Shown here: piece after piece, positions 25,700 to 38,399 of the stretch
Layout of the letters: each line of letters begins with the position of its first letter
Position numbering within the stretch: position 1 is the stretch's first letter
From: Octopus bimaculoides
Lineage: Eukaryota
Assembly: GCF_001194135.2 (NCBI RefSeq)
Contig: NC_068982.1
Location: 28,605,466-28,669,465, forward strand
Direction: 5' to 3'
Length of the DNA stretch: 64,000 nucleotides
Program-made: the position numbers and the translations under genes
The notes under the pieces: generated by a model
Told to the model about the DNA's origin: nothing
Seen by the model: the letters and a program-made list of their open reading frames with translations, nothing else
Database searches by the model: none

Positions 25700-25814
25700 T
25701 AAGGGCAAGCGTAGCTTGCTTCTCGACCACATGGCTCAATTCACCTGTATGTGTATTGCACTTTGAGCAAGTGTCTTCTACTATATCCTCTGGCCGACCA
25801 AAGCCTTGTGACTG
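25700..25814 (+). mobile_element. SINE family B 5' half
   Basis: ctttgagcaagtgtcttctactatatcctctggccgaccaaagccttgtga. Confidence 0.75.
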
Positions 25815-26400
25815 ACATACATAGCGTTCGAAAAAAGCTTTCGAAGGAAGTGACATACATAGCGAAAGGAAATGGATATGCGACGGTAGTTGTCCAGTTT
25901 AGGACAGCGGAGGAGGTAAAGAGGCTGGCGAGTACAACGGTGAGAACGGAGGAAGTGGTACTTCTACTCATGTACCTTGGAAGAAAGACTTCTAACGTAA
26001 GAGTAGAAGGAATCCCACCCGATATAGAAGTGGCTTGGGTTGCAGCAGCCGTCCTCGTTGGTAGTGAGGAAGAGGCGGCTGTCATCCAAGCCACAGAGAC
26101 AGAGGAAGGAAAATTTGGCGGAGACGGTAACGTTGGGAGAAATAGTATTGGGAGTATGGGTAGAGAGCATAGTTCCGCGATGCTTTAAATGTGGCCAAAA
26201 AGGCCACATTAGAGCTCACTGCCCTCTTCAGAGGAAAACGACAGAAGAAGTGGTGATGGAGATGGAGGAGAAAAAGGAAGACGTACAGATAGATGGAAAG
26301 AACAAGGAGGATGAATGGACGGTGACAGAGAATGAAAGGAAAAGAGAAAGAAGCGGAAGGTGGGACATCAGACCAACTCCATCCTACCCAAGACCACACA
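25815..26400 (+). mobile_element. Tx1/L1-like non-LTR retrotransposon ORF1 (gag) relic with CCHC zinc knuckle, frameshifted
   Basis: CFKCGQKGHIRAHC (C-X2-C-X4-H-X4-C) at 26181-26222, RRM-like upstream segment VVQFRTAEEVKRL..RVEGIPP, downstream EWTVTE..RKR. Confidence 0.7.
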
Positions 26401-26419
26401 GACCCACCCACAGCTTTAG

Positions 26420-26554
26420 TCGAACAAATCGACCCCAGGACTTATTCTTTGTAAGCCTAGTACTTATTCAATCGGTCTCTTTTGCAGAACCGCTAAGTTA
26501 CGGGGACATAAACACACCAGCATCGGTCGTCAAGCAATGTTGGTGGGACAAACA

Positions 26555-26585
<31 letters not shown>

Positions 26586-26635
26586 ATATATATATACATA
26601 CGATGGGCTTCCTTCAGTTTCCGTCCACCAAATCC
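26420..26635 (-). mobile_element. SINE family B 3' half
   Basis: Reverse complement reads ggatttggtggacggaaactgaagg...ccccgtaacttagcgg...ctaggcttacaaagaataag. Confidence 0.8.
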
Positions 26636-27128
26636 NNNNNNNNNNNNNNNNNNNNNNNNNNNNNNNNNNNNNNNNNNNNNNNNNNNNNNNNNNNNNNNNN
26701 NNNNNNNNNNNNNNNNNNNNNNNNNNNNNNNNNNNNNNNNNNNNNNNNNNNNNNNNNNNNNNNNNNNNNNNNNNNNNNNNNNNNNNNNNNNNNNNNNNNN
26801 NNNNNNNNNNNNNNNNNNNNNNNNNNNNNNNNNNNNNNNNNNNNNNNNNNNNNNNNNNNNNNNNNNNNNNNNNNNNNNNNNNNNNNNNNNNNNNNNNNNN
26901 NNNNNNNNNNNNNNNNNNNNNNNNNNNNNNNNNNNNNNNNNNNNNNNNNNNNNNNNNNNNNNNNNNNNNNNNNNNNNNNNNNNNNNNNNNNNNNNNNNNN
27001 NNNNNNNNNNNNNNNNNNNNNNNNNNNNNNNNNNNNNNNNNNNNNNNNNNNNNNNNNNNNNNNNNNNNNNNNNNNNNNNNNNNNNNNNNNNNNNNNNNNN
27101 NNNNNNNNNNNNNNNNNNNNNNNNNNNN
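26636..27128. other. Assembly gap (N run)
   Basis: N bases. Other gaps: 5902-5911, 12883-12996, 16540-16607, 27984-28485, 35661-35872, 43720-43772, 53934-54069, 55271-55280, 56380-56519. Confidence 1.
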
Positions 27129-27148
27129 TATATATATAAGTGTGTATG

Positions 27149-27181
<33 letters not shown>

Positions 27182-27647
27182 ACTGGAACAGAATGCAACC
27201 GGAAATTCGGTTAAAATGTTGCAATATAATTGATTTCAAACTAAAATAAGAACTCCCCTGTTGGAGAGGATATAGCTAATTCAGTCCCAATAGTTGACGA
27301 GTTTGTTTTATTATAGAACCCGGAGAAATAAAAGACGTCTCATGGGATGTGAGTTCAGCCTGTAAATGACTGAAACTAAATTTACTGCAAAGTATTTTGT
27401 CAAATGCTTAACGATGCCTGTTATATACGAAGGCAAGTACTATTTGTAATGCATGCTCCTTTTCAGCTTTTGGAAGGTTATATTAATATATTTTACCTTT
27501 TATATGGTACCTGTTTCAGTCATTGGATTTCAGCCATGCTGAGACATCACCTTGAAATGTTAAGTCGAACAGATCGATCCCAGAAATTCCTTTTCTTTAA
27601 GCCTTCTACTTATTCTCTTGGTTTATATTGTCGCTAAATTACGAAGA

Positions 27648-27881
27648 ATTTTTTTATTACCCACAAGGGGCGACATAGAGGGGACGATACAACCTGATTT
27701 GGGGTCAGATGAAAACGAATGAATTCACAGAAACATGCATTTAAAAATTTTATAATGAAAACGAATTATACTCGGATGATGCGACAGACCGGAAGACATT
27801 ACGGATGGAGTGGTAAGGCGGGTTTAGCACGGACCCCTCGTGCCCCGCCTTGCCACTGATAGCTGAGATGAGTCCTTCGTC
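27648..27881 (-). mobile_element. 5'-truncated retroposed insert with 17-bp TSD (putative LINE 3' end)
   Basis: tcgctaaattacgaaga at 27631-27647 and 27882-27898; 3' tail shared with the SINE at 24661. Confidence 0.7.
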
Positions 27882-27949
27882 TCGCTAAATTACGAAGACG
27901 CAGAGAAACCAACAACGGTTGTCAAGAGGTCGAGGAATACTAACACACA

Positions 27950-27983
<34 letters not shown>

Positions 27984-28485
27984 NNNNNNNNNNNNNNNNN
28001 NNNNNNNNNNNNNNNNNNNNNNNNNNNNNNNNNNNNNNNNNNNNNNNNNNNNNNNNNNNNNNNNNNNNNNNNNNNNNNNNNNNNNNNNNNNNNNNNNNNN
28101 NNNNNNNNNNNNNNNNNNNNNNNNNNNNNNNNNNNNNNNNNNNNNNNNNNNNNNNNNNNNNNNNNNNNNNNNNNNNNNNNNNNNNNNNNNNNNNNNNNNN
28201 NNNNNNNNNNNNNNNNNNNNNNNNNNNNNNNNNNNNNNNNNNNNNNNNNNNNNNNNNNNNNNNNNNNNNNNNNNNNNNNNNNNNNNNNNNNNNNNNNNNN
28301 NNNNNNNNNNNNNNNNNNNNNNNNNNNNNNNNNNNNNNNNNNNNNNNNNNNNNNNNNNNNNNNNNNNNNNNNNNNNNNNNNNNNNNNNNNNNNNNNNNNN
28401 NNNNNNNNNNNNNNNNNNNNNNNNNNNNNNNNNNNNNNNNNNNNNNNNNNNNNNNNNNNNNNNNNNNNNNNNNNNNNNNNNNNNN

Positions 28486-28521
<36 letters not shown>

Positions 28522-28535
28522 TACGCACACACACT

Positions 28536-28670
28536 GCAGGTTTCATCCAGTTTCCTTCTATCAACTCTACATAAGACTTTTTTAGTCGGAGCTATAGTAG
28601 AGGACACTAGCCAAAGGTGCCACATGGTGGTACTGAACCTCGAACTATGTAGTTGCGAAGCAAGTGTTAA
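28536..28670 (-). mobile_element. SINE family B, degenerate
   Basis: gctatagtagaggacactagccaaaggtgccac...gtactgaacctcg. Confidence 0.65.
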
Positions 28671-30099
28671 TCTATTTTATAAAAGTTCATTGGAGCGTTG
28701 GATAGAACGTTTCATTATTTTTGTTCAGAATCTCAGCGTTCCGAGCTCAAATCCCACCGATGTGAGCTTTAGCTTTTGTTCTTTCAGGGACGCATTATCT
28801 TTCCGACTCTGTGTTGTGATAGCAATGCATGCGTCACCCTCTGATATAAAACGGTATTAGTAGACTTTCCCTTGAAAAAAATCGGTACCGCAGGGAAGTG
28901 TTGCATGGATGGGAAAACCGCATCTTTCTGAAAAAAACCTTGCCTACGCATGTGCAGATGTGTGACCAGCCTTGACCGATCGAGGCTCCAATTATCAACC
29001 AAAACTGACTCGCTGTCAAAAGCGATGTCGAATGATAAATTATATTTTATGTGTGGTTTATTTATTCGTTTTCTCGGGCTATTTTGTTTTGATGTATCTA
29101 TTGCATCGAATTTTATCGTATAAGATTTATGTATTTGAATTGCTAAATTATTTCAAAATCCAATTTGTTACAAATCTTTTCTGGTTTCTGATATTTTTCT
29201 TTGAGTAATGCTGCAGAGGAGAATATAAAGAACTTTATAGGTAAAGATATTATTAGTGATGTTTCTTAGCTACAGAGACAGACATTATACATGTACATGC
29301 GTAGGAATTTCACAGTAGCATCTGTTGTATACAGATGTAATATATCCATTATTTCCCAATCCCTAAATATGTTCTTTGAAGTTTTTCAGTATTTATGCAA
29401 TCTACGTTTTGATAGATGAAAGACATATTCTACTAAGTATTTCTTTAATCATTAAACTTCTTGTTTCACCGTGTTCCCATGATTCTTGTTCCATGAAACT
29501 TTAAACTGCCTCTAAAGATAAGATCGTATTTGAAGTAAGACTTTTTTAAAAAAATTTCTCAACAACAACGAGCTGCTTCTATTCAGCAGCACTCCGTGTC
29601 TACAGAACTTATCAGCAGACTTTGAAACTTCCTTAACATCGCGTTAGCGTTCAATTCATCACCATGATACCGAAATGAAATAGTTAATAATAATATGTAT
29701 TTTACGTGTAGTTTATTTAGTTATTTCCTCTGGCTATTTTGTTCTGATATATTTATGACACCGAATTTTATCGTATATGATTATGTATTTCAATTACCAA
29801 ATTATTTCAAAATCCAATTTGTTACAAACCTTTTCTGCTTTCTGATATGTGTCTTTGTGTTATGTTGCATTTATAAAGGAGAATGGAAAGAACTTCATGG
29901 GTAAAAAAAATTCTGAAATTTGGTGTGATTTAGAGAAAACTTGCTGCGGGAAAATGGCTAAAAGAAAATGCATTTAAATCTAACCAGTGTTGCAAATTTA
30001 TATATCAGCGTTAGTTTAACAATACTATTAGCTCTATTTGAGGAAATTTATTTTACAGTAATAATATATATATATTCGATTTATAATTACTACGTATAC

Positions 30100-30320
30100 T
30101 AAGGGGGTGAACTGGCAAAATCGATAGCACGCCTGACAATATGCTTTGAGGCAAGTCGTTCGTCTACACGTTCTGATTTCAAAAGCTACCAAGGTCGGCT
30201 TTGCTTTTCATCCTTTCGGGACCGATGAAATAAGTACCAGTCGGGCACTGGGAATGGGTGTAATCGATTTCCTCTTCCCCATCAAATTTCATCCCTTTTT
30301 ACCCAAAGGAGAAAGTGTAA
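30100..30320 (+). mobile_element. SINE family A
   Basis: gaactggcaaaatcgatagcacgcc...ctttcatcctttcggg. Confidence 0.8.
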
Positions 30321-30654
30321 TTACTAAGTATACGTCTGCGCGGCAGATTTTATAATGTTCATTCTGTGCTGTTGCATTAACTATTCCTGCATGAATGTGA
30401 AACTAAAACCAATATACAAATCTTTTAATGAGTTATTCTCCAAATTTGCATTACTTCTCAGCTTCATAGCAACGCTTTAAACAGAGTTTGTCGAAAATTT
30501 GAAGAATTTCGAAATTTTGCTGCCAGTTCGGCACAGGAGGCTATCAAGAATTGTATGTATATTGGCAGAGCTTCATATCACAGTAAGACTATATAAGTTT
30601 TACTCATGCAACTATATTATTTTCTAGTAACGTGTGTGTGTGTGTTTTGTTTGC

Positions 30655-30875
30655 TTTTAAGGTAGAGAGCTGGCAGAAACGTTAGCACGCCAGACAATGT
30701 GCTTAGTGGCATTTCGTCCGCCGTTATGTTCTGAGTTCAAATTCCGCCGAGATCATCATTGCTTCTTAACCTTCCGCGATGGATAAAATAAGTAGCAGTT
30801 GAGAACTGGAGTCGATGTAATTGCTATACCCCTACCTCCGAAATTGCTGGCCTTGTTCCAACATTTCAAACCAAT
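30655..30875 (+). mobile_element. SINE family A followed by (TA)n
   Basis: gagctggcagaaacgttagcacgcc...gagttcaaattccgccgag. Confidence 0.85.
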
Positions 30876-30876
30876 A

Positions 30877-30926
<50 letters not shown>

Positions 30927-31739
30927 CATACCGTATTTGATGGCCTATAAGACGCACGATTGCATAGGACACACCCTAGCCTAGGTTATACTATTGTAAA
31001 ATAAATTACCACTAAAATAATGTTTTAAATCCTCCACTTACCTGCATAACTGTGTTATTACTGGTAATTATAAGCAATTAATTGCATCCACATTCTATAT
31101 AAACACATTGTAGGCGATTGTTTACCAATAGATGGTAGCATACGTTTTGTAAACATACATACCGCTTTTAGCGTGTTTTGAGCATACATTGAGTGCATTG
31201 GACGCTGTGGGATTTCTTAAGTATATGCATGTTATTATATACGTTTGTATGTATGGGTCATATGTGAGTGTTTGTGTTTATGTGTGTGTAAGGATAGCTT
31301 GTAAACCACAAGAAAGAGTACAGAATGTTATCCTCCGTTGTTCAGCATTGTTCATCCATTGATAATGAACTCTAGTGACCTCAGTCATTTCGGTCTGATG
31401 TAGTTAAGAAATATATATATACATATCTACATACATACATACATACGTACATACATACATATATACATACATACATATATATATATATATACCATGAATT
31501 TTCCATTAAAACACCAAACAAACAAATGCAGCGCCCTGGAATTTACACTCAGCTGATCTTATTAATTAGCTGGGAGAAGAGATGTGAGGCAACGACCAAA
31601 ACACGTTTTAGCCCGACCACCCACCGTTTTACTTCACATAGCATCTTATCTTCTTCAAAGAAAGAATGTAGTGATGATTGCTATTAGTATTTTAAAGTTT
31701 ACAAGAATCGCGGGAATCTCTGAAAAATTGCAACTGTGA

Positions 31740-32500
31740 GGGAAGAAATATTGCACAAACTGTGTAGTGTGAAGTGTTGGAGTGAAAAGAATTTAATAAA
31801 TGATGTCGTGAGAAGGAAAAGGGAGCATGAATGATGCGTGTCGGAAGTGGAACAGAGTTTGGTAAATCAAAGGAGCAGATACAGTTATAGCTTCAATAAC
31901 TAAAAGAAAATAGAAGATAAGAAATGGTGAGGAGACAGCATGCCTACGACAAATAATTGCAGTGTTCATGTGTGAGGGTTACCAATCGAATGAAATATCA
32001 CGTGCATTCATATACTCAGTAGCACTCTCTCAGACATGTTACTTGTACGAGGTGATGAAACAGTTGTAATTATGACAGGGTCGAAGAAACAAAATTTAGA
32101 ATAGGAATCAATAGAAACTATTGGTATCTGCAAAAATTGTACTTGCTTTCATATATCATTGGGAGAATAATTTCTAACGGTTAGCATCAATGTCAGGCTT
32201 GGAGTTTTAGAATACATTTTCTTCGTCCTTTTTTCATGGGCCGTGGATACAGTGTAGAACTACAAGAAAGCACAGAAAATTTGTAGTCGCGCATACTTAA
32301 GAGATATTTGGCCAAAAACATAATAAAAGTGGTGGCCAAGAGAGTGAGGAAGAGAATTTGGGACAAAATGAATTTGGGTGCGGAGAGACAATAAGGGTTT
32401 AAGTCGGTGTTGACCGTTAGAATAGGAGAGAAGTTCATTAATATTGCTTAGTATAAGACACATCTGGTACTCATTTGCAGTTGCGTGAACTAAAATGAAA
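31740..32500 (+). mobile_element. Possible highly decayed RTE-like LINE relic
   Basis: Purine-rich plus strand with short motif echoes (KTHLVL, RIGEKF); no intact ORF. Confidence 0.25.
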
Positions 32501-32564
32501 AACTTTACGCAAGGAAGCAATGTATTTTTCGGTCCAGGAATCGAAACAGCTACCATACTATTGT

Positions 32565-32735
32565 AATTTCGCCCGTCTTTACGTTGTGATTTCTATTTCC
32601 GCCGAGATCATTTTTGTCTTTCATCCTTTCGGCTTCGATGAAATAACTACCAGTTGAGCACTGGCGTCGATGTAATCGACTTACTCCATCCCCCCCAAAT
32701 CTGCTGGCCTTGTACCAATATTTAAAATCAATAGC
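32565..32735 (+). mobile_element. SINE family A, 5'-truncated
   Basis: ccgtctttacgttg...tttcatcctttcgg...gtcgatgtaatcgac. Confidence 0.8.
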
Positions 32736-33898
32736 ATATCGCAATGTTCGCCTCATGTATATACTAACACTCCACACATACTAGGAGCTTTTCTTTGCGT
32801 GAGAACCGAACTGGCTTTAAGGGAGACTAATTGTTTAATAGTATCTTCTATAAACATTTTATTGACACTTCCATAAACTTTACTGTAATAAACTTCCATA
32901 AACCATATTGAAAGATTTTGATACTGGTATCCGTGACCAGAACATAAGAGGATATTTTGGCTCATCTTACCAAAGTTACCTCACACATAGTTGTTGTCGG
33001 CAGGTATTGGTTTCATTACCTTTACCCATCATTCTATAACAACCAAACTTATCGAGAAAGCATGAAACCTTTGTCGCCCAAAACCAAATATCCTAACGAT
33101 TAGAAGTACTTTACTCACTCTAGTGAACCTTAATAATACAACTCTAGGTTAAACATTTTAATTTATGTGAAAAATTACCAATTACGATCTAATTTCACCA
33201 GCTTTTTCTAAACATATTCACTTAAAGTATGATAAAATTGGAAGTTGATATGCTTTGACTGAAATATTTTCCCTGTTTTAACATTTCCACTTCGTGCACC
33301 AAATTTCCTTCTGGGCAAAGTTTTAGAAATTAAGTAAAGTATCATACGCCATCGAAAAGCTGCAGTTTTCATCTTCATGATGCTTGACTTCGCCTTAGTA
33401 ATTTTAAAACGGCATTTTAAAAACATAATATTGCATCATGTGAAAATATCAGTTGTGCTAAGTCATATTATCTTAAAATTTGTACAGATTCAGATTAATC
33501 AAAAATTTTAATAATGGAGCCTATCCTACATAAAGTAGCGACATATCTGCAGTGGTTTCCAAATCGAGTTCTCAACTGTTTAATTGGTGTTTCGACAGTC
33601 TTCATCTGTCTGTCTGTCTGTCTCTCCCCCCCTCTCTCTCTCTATATATATATATGTGTGTGTGTGTGTGAGGAAAGAGGACAACAAAAACCAAGGCAGG
33701 ATGAGTATCTCAAGTCAATTAAAATATTTAATTAGATTAAGGTCAATTTGAAGTAGTTAATTAATTAATTATATTATTGGATATCTTACAGCTGTTTCTG
33801 GGATATCCCAAGTGATAGGTTAGCATCCCTGTACACCACGTGCGCTTGTGTGTATACACACACAGACACACGCGCGCACACACACACACACATACACA

Positions 33899-33947
<49 letters not shown>

Positions 33948-34659
33948 TATTGAGAAATATTGCAGAAAGATAATTAAGTACATAATAATCATTGGAATGA
34001 AAAATAATTAGCCAATAGTTAAAGATTGGAAGTTTTATAATTTCAAAGTAATGTTAGCAAACATCTATTTAGAAGTAATTAGCAAATTTGGCATGAGTTA
34101 GGGAAAACTTGCTGCAGGAAAAATGGCTAAAAATGTATCACAGAAGGTGGTTATTAAATTTTACTGTAATCACCAGAGAAGGAGAACCATGGATGTTATT
34201 CACAGCTAAATGCATCTGTAACTATAAATATGTTAATATAAACCAAGTGCAGTTAACTGCATGTATATAGTTTTGTATGAATAAAATGAGAAGCAAAACA
34301 TTTATTAATAAGTAACATATTTTTTAATGCAGACAGTGTCAATTATAAAGGGTTATTTATAGTATAGGACATGTCACCATACCCTTTAACCGAGAAAACT
34401 AGCCTTACGTGGACAGTGCAAGTGTTAGAAATAGCAGTCAAGTCTGCTTCAAATCACTCACATCATCAAAAGAGGAAAACACATTAGACTAGGCAATGTG
34501 GGGTATACAAAAAAACCTGGAGATTATCACAACTGTTTTTAACAATAAGCCGGCTTCATCAGGGTGACTCAGTACTAAACTAGGGTGAAGGGTAAAACTC
34601 ACCTTCTTTCGGTCACGTATGACCATGAGATTGTACCTAGAAACTTCCCTTCCAGGGTA

Positions 34660-34935
34660 CAAGTCCGGACAAAGTTGTTTGTGGGAGACAAGCAATCATC
34701 CATGCATACTAGTCACCCCTTTCCACGCCATCAATGTTGTCCAAGTGAAAGGCAAAGGCCGATATGATATGGCTTGGCACCAGTGACATCGCAACTCATT
34801 TCTTCAGCTGAGTAAACAGGAGCAACGTGAAATAAAATGCCTTGCTCAATTCACATCAGCCTGGTCCACGAATCAACTCGTAACCACATGATTGTAAGCC
34901 TGATACTGTAACCGCTGAGCCATACGCCTTCACTT
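34660..34935 (-). mobile_element. SINE family C (tRNA-derived head)
   Basis: Reverse complement begins gtgaaggcgtatggctcagcggttacag...gagttgattc...ttgagcaaggc. Confidence 0.65.
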
Positions 34936-35619
34936 ACTAAACTAGAATAGCATATAGATAAGAAAACTGCTTTTGATTACTTTAGCATTTTTGTTTTATG
35001 TAATTAGGGTGCCTCTTGCATACTAAAATGAAAAGTCAATACTAGGAACGTCCAATCTAGTATGGAATTAATTAACGGTATATTTCTGCTATACATTTGT
35101 CGACTCACAAAACATATTTCATCTAATAGAGTGAAAAACTATTCCATTGCGTCACTAATGAGCATGGAAAAGTAATCAAACAGAGAAAGAAAGGAGACAA
35201 TAACTTGTTTCAATGAATAGAAATACAACACACTTTACCTGTATCTACGAAAACACTGGCGATAAAGATAAAAAAGAAATATCAACATTGTCGTATCCAC
35301 TGAGGATAAACAACTATATGTTATACAGAGTGTATGTGTCTCTGGAATACTCAACCACTTGCCCGCTAATTCAATTTCTGCTGTTAAATTGATTGAACAA
35401 CTAAACATTATTAGTTCGAAATTCTGACACACTTATTGGTAGAAAGAACAGGATTGGTTGAAAGAACAGATGAAGCAGAGCTCAGTACATGACGATATGT
35501 ATCTTTTTTAATACGCAGAAATTTACAAATGTAACTCAAGGCTTAGACTTTCGTACATATCCCTTATCAAATAATATACATACATATATATATACATACA
35601 TACATATATACATACATCC

Positions 35620-35659
<40 letters not shown>

Positions 35660-36057
35660 ANNNNNNNNNNNNNNNNNNNNNNNNNNNNNNNNNNNNNNNN
35701 NNNNNNNNNNNNNNNNNNNNNNNNNNNNNNNNNNNNNNNNNNNNNNNNNNNNNNNNNNNNNNNNNNNNNNNNNNNNNNNNNNNNNNNNNNNNNNNNNNNN
35801 NNNNNNNNNNNNNNNNNNNNNNNNNNNNNNNNNNNNNNNNNNNNNNNNNNNNNNNNNNNNNNNNNNNNNNNNTATATATATATATATATTTATATATGAG
35901 TTAGAGGTTAGATAACCATCTAAGAGATAATAAGTCTTCGATATACTACTGGATGATATATATATATATATATCCAAATGCTTACTCTTGCAAGGCAGTA
36001 GTGCAATTGAATAATAGGTATGTGTGGAGGTAAACAAATGTTTAACCAGAATTTATA

Positions 36058-36919
36058 AGGCAAGAAAAAAATGGAGAAGATAATTGACAAACATCAGCTA
36101 GATCTGTTTATTAATTACAATCATATGAATAAATACATAAATAAGAATAAATAAGTGGATATAACTCTACTCTTACAGCTGTTTCTACTTTGGGGGTCCA
36201 GCATGCTAAGTTGACACATCATACCTAGATTATACAAAGATTGTACAAAAATTGAATAAAAATTGGACAAAAATTGAACCCCAAAGCTTCATCAGAGAGT
36301 TTATAATGGCAAGAATTAAACAAGTAAAAAAAGTAAAATAAAATAATAAAAAATAGTAAAAAAATAGAAAAAGAAGTAAACTGCAAAATAATATCCAGAG
36401 GTTGTGAGATCACATCTTATTTCAATCTAATGGGGGATATAGTATAGATAAAACGTTATAGGGTGGGGTTAATGGGATGATCCATATAACAGGGGTTATT
36501 AGTTAGAAACTAAAATCTATGCAATAGACTAGCAATAAAATTTAGTTAATGTAAACATAGTTAGGGAAATCAATAAGTAATTATATCAATGAAGAAATAA
36601 TTTGAGTATAAATTAAGTGTGATGTTATTCTTTATTAACAAAAAGTCTCATCATGATGAATAGGGTAAGGCCAATGTCGATCTTATAACTTAATTGGTCA
36701 GGTAATATTTAAAACCAATAGGGTTGTTTGGGTCCGTTAAATCTATCAATAAAATACAAATCAATAAAATACAAAACAAATTTAAGAAAACCGCTGTAAG
36801 AGTAGAGTTATATTCACTCATTTATTCTTATTTATCTATCTATTCATATGATTGTAATTAATAAATAGATCTAGCTGATGTTTGTCAATTAATTATCTTC
36901 TCCATTTTCTTCCTTGCCT
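36058..36919. repeat. ~130-bp inverted repeats around a ~600-bp AT-rich spacer
   Basis: 36058-36186 vs reverse complement of 36785-36919, about 90% identical by eye. Confidence 0.85.
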
Positions 36920-38399
36920 CAATAGTTTATTTAGTTTGTTTTGGTTCAACCAGTGGGATGTTACTCCCTAATTTACTCGACATAGTCGTTTTCTTTTAAA
37001 AGACAACCTATTGTCCTGTCTGGTGAACCAACTATACATCGAGTAAAGTTTAGAAATGGCCAGGGGATTGGTCTTTGTTTGTCTCCGTCCTTCTGTCTTT
37101 TTCCACACACATATATATATACACATATTATGCTGATATCAAAACGTTTGGGACTCCAATAAAGACTAACAAAATCTGAGAAAATATAGTTAGTTATCTT
37201 TGATGCGGATTAATTATTTATAATATTTTAACCCCATTTTAATTTTTATAAAGTTATATAAATTTGACTGAGTCTCAAGTGTTTTCTGCATTTTATTTTT
37301 ACAGTAGTTTTGTGTTCGATATGGTTTTACTGTGGTTGTTACTAATGTGTAATCTAAGTAATTGTTGTCTGATGTGGTTATCTTTACAACTTTAAATTTT
37401 ATTATTCTTATCACCGTTGTTCTATTCATGGCTGAATATGGGGATATTTTGTAATTAGATATTTTACGCTATCATTGTTTTTTTTTAAATCATCCATACA
37501 TGTAAAAACGGCTGTAGAGCAATAGCACGAAAATAACGCTATAAAGCTTTGATACAAAAACAAGTTTTAACATATATATATACACAAACAGAAATTTGAA
37601 TACGTCTATTATTTTTGAAGAACAAAAGGTGATTAAATATCTATAGTTTAAACACTATAATGCATATGATAAAAGTTCAAAGACTTTATCTTTGATTTCC
37701 ACTTCTATTCTTACGCGAATTAAAACAGAGTTTGTAGAAGATAGAATGACTTTTGTTTTCGTCAAAATATTAGGTAAAATTATCTTATTTCTAATGTTAG
37801 TGGTATTACAAAAAGCAGGCATAAACTCTTAGCAACCAACGATTACGCTGTCGTTTCAAATCTCGACTGAAGCGATCACCCTCTTTTATGCTGACACTGC
37901 TTTGGAAAAGACATGAACGTTGTACACAACAAAAGGATCGGCGAAATTGAGCTTAACAAAAGAGCATCAACTGAATAGAATGTCGTACATATAAATGAAT
38001 AAATCATAGACCATGAATTTCTTGTCGGAGAGAGTAGGAGGAAGAGAGAGAGAAAAGGATCTTGAATTTGCCGGGCCATTTCGTCAATCATCTCTCTATT
38101 TGTGGAGTTACTTTGCACCAAGTTTAGGAGACCGTCACCTATAAGCACGAACAATAAAAGCCTTATTTTTACTCACAGCTCTCTTTTGCCGCCACCAGTG
38201 TTTCTGAACGACGACTCTTCACCTATTCTACCTGTACCCCTGGATTTATCAATAGAATCTACCGATGTGCTAACCTCTTTAATGTATACATTAAGATAGG
38301 TACTTGTAAGTTTTTATGCTTATGTATGAGGTTATATATGTATATGTACGTATTTAGGTTTGCGTAATTTTGCAAATATTCAATGATATATTCGTAAAA

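Noticed and set aside
26537-28860. Long ORFs of 190-400 aa
   Set aside because: Their length comes from N runs (X residues); only the gag portion of 26040-26400 is meaningful.
36280-36300. Minus-strand CTGATGA in the inverted-repeat spacer
   Set aside because: No stem II or GAAA follows, so it is not a callable ribozyme.
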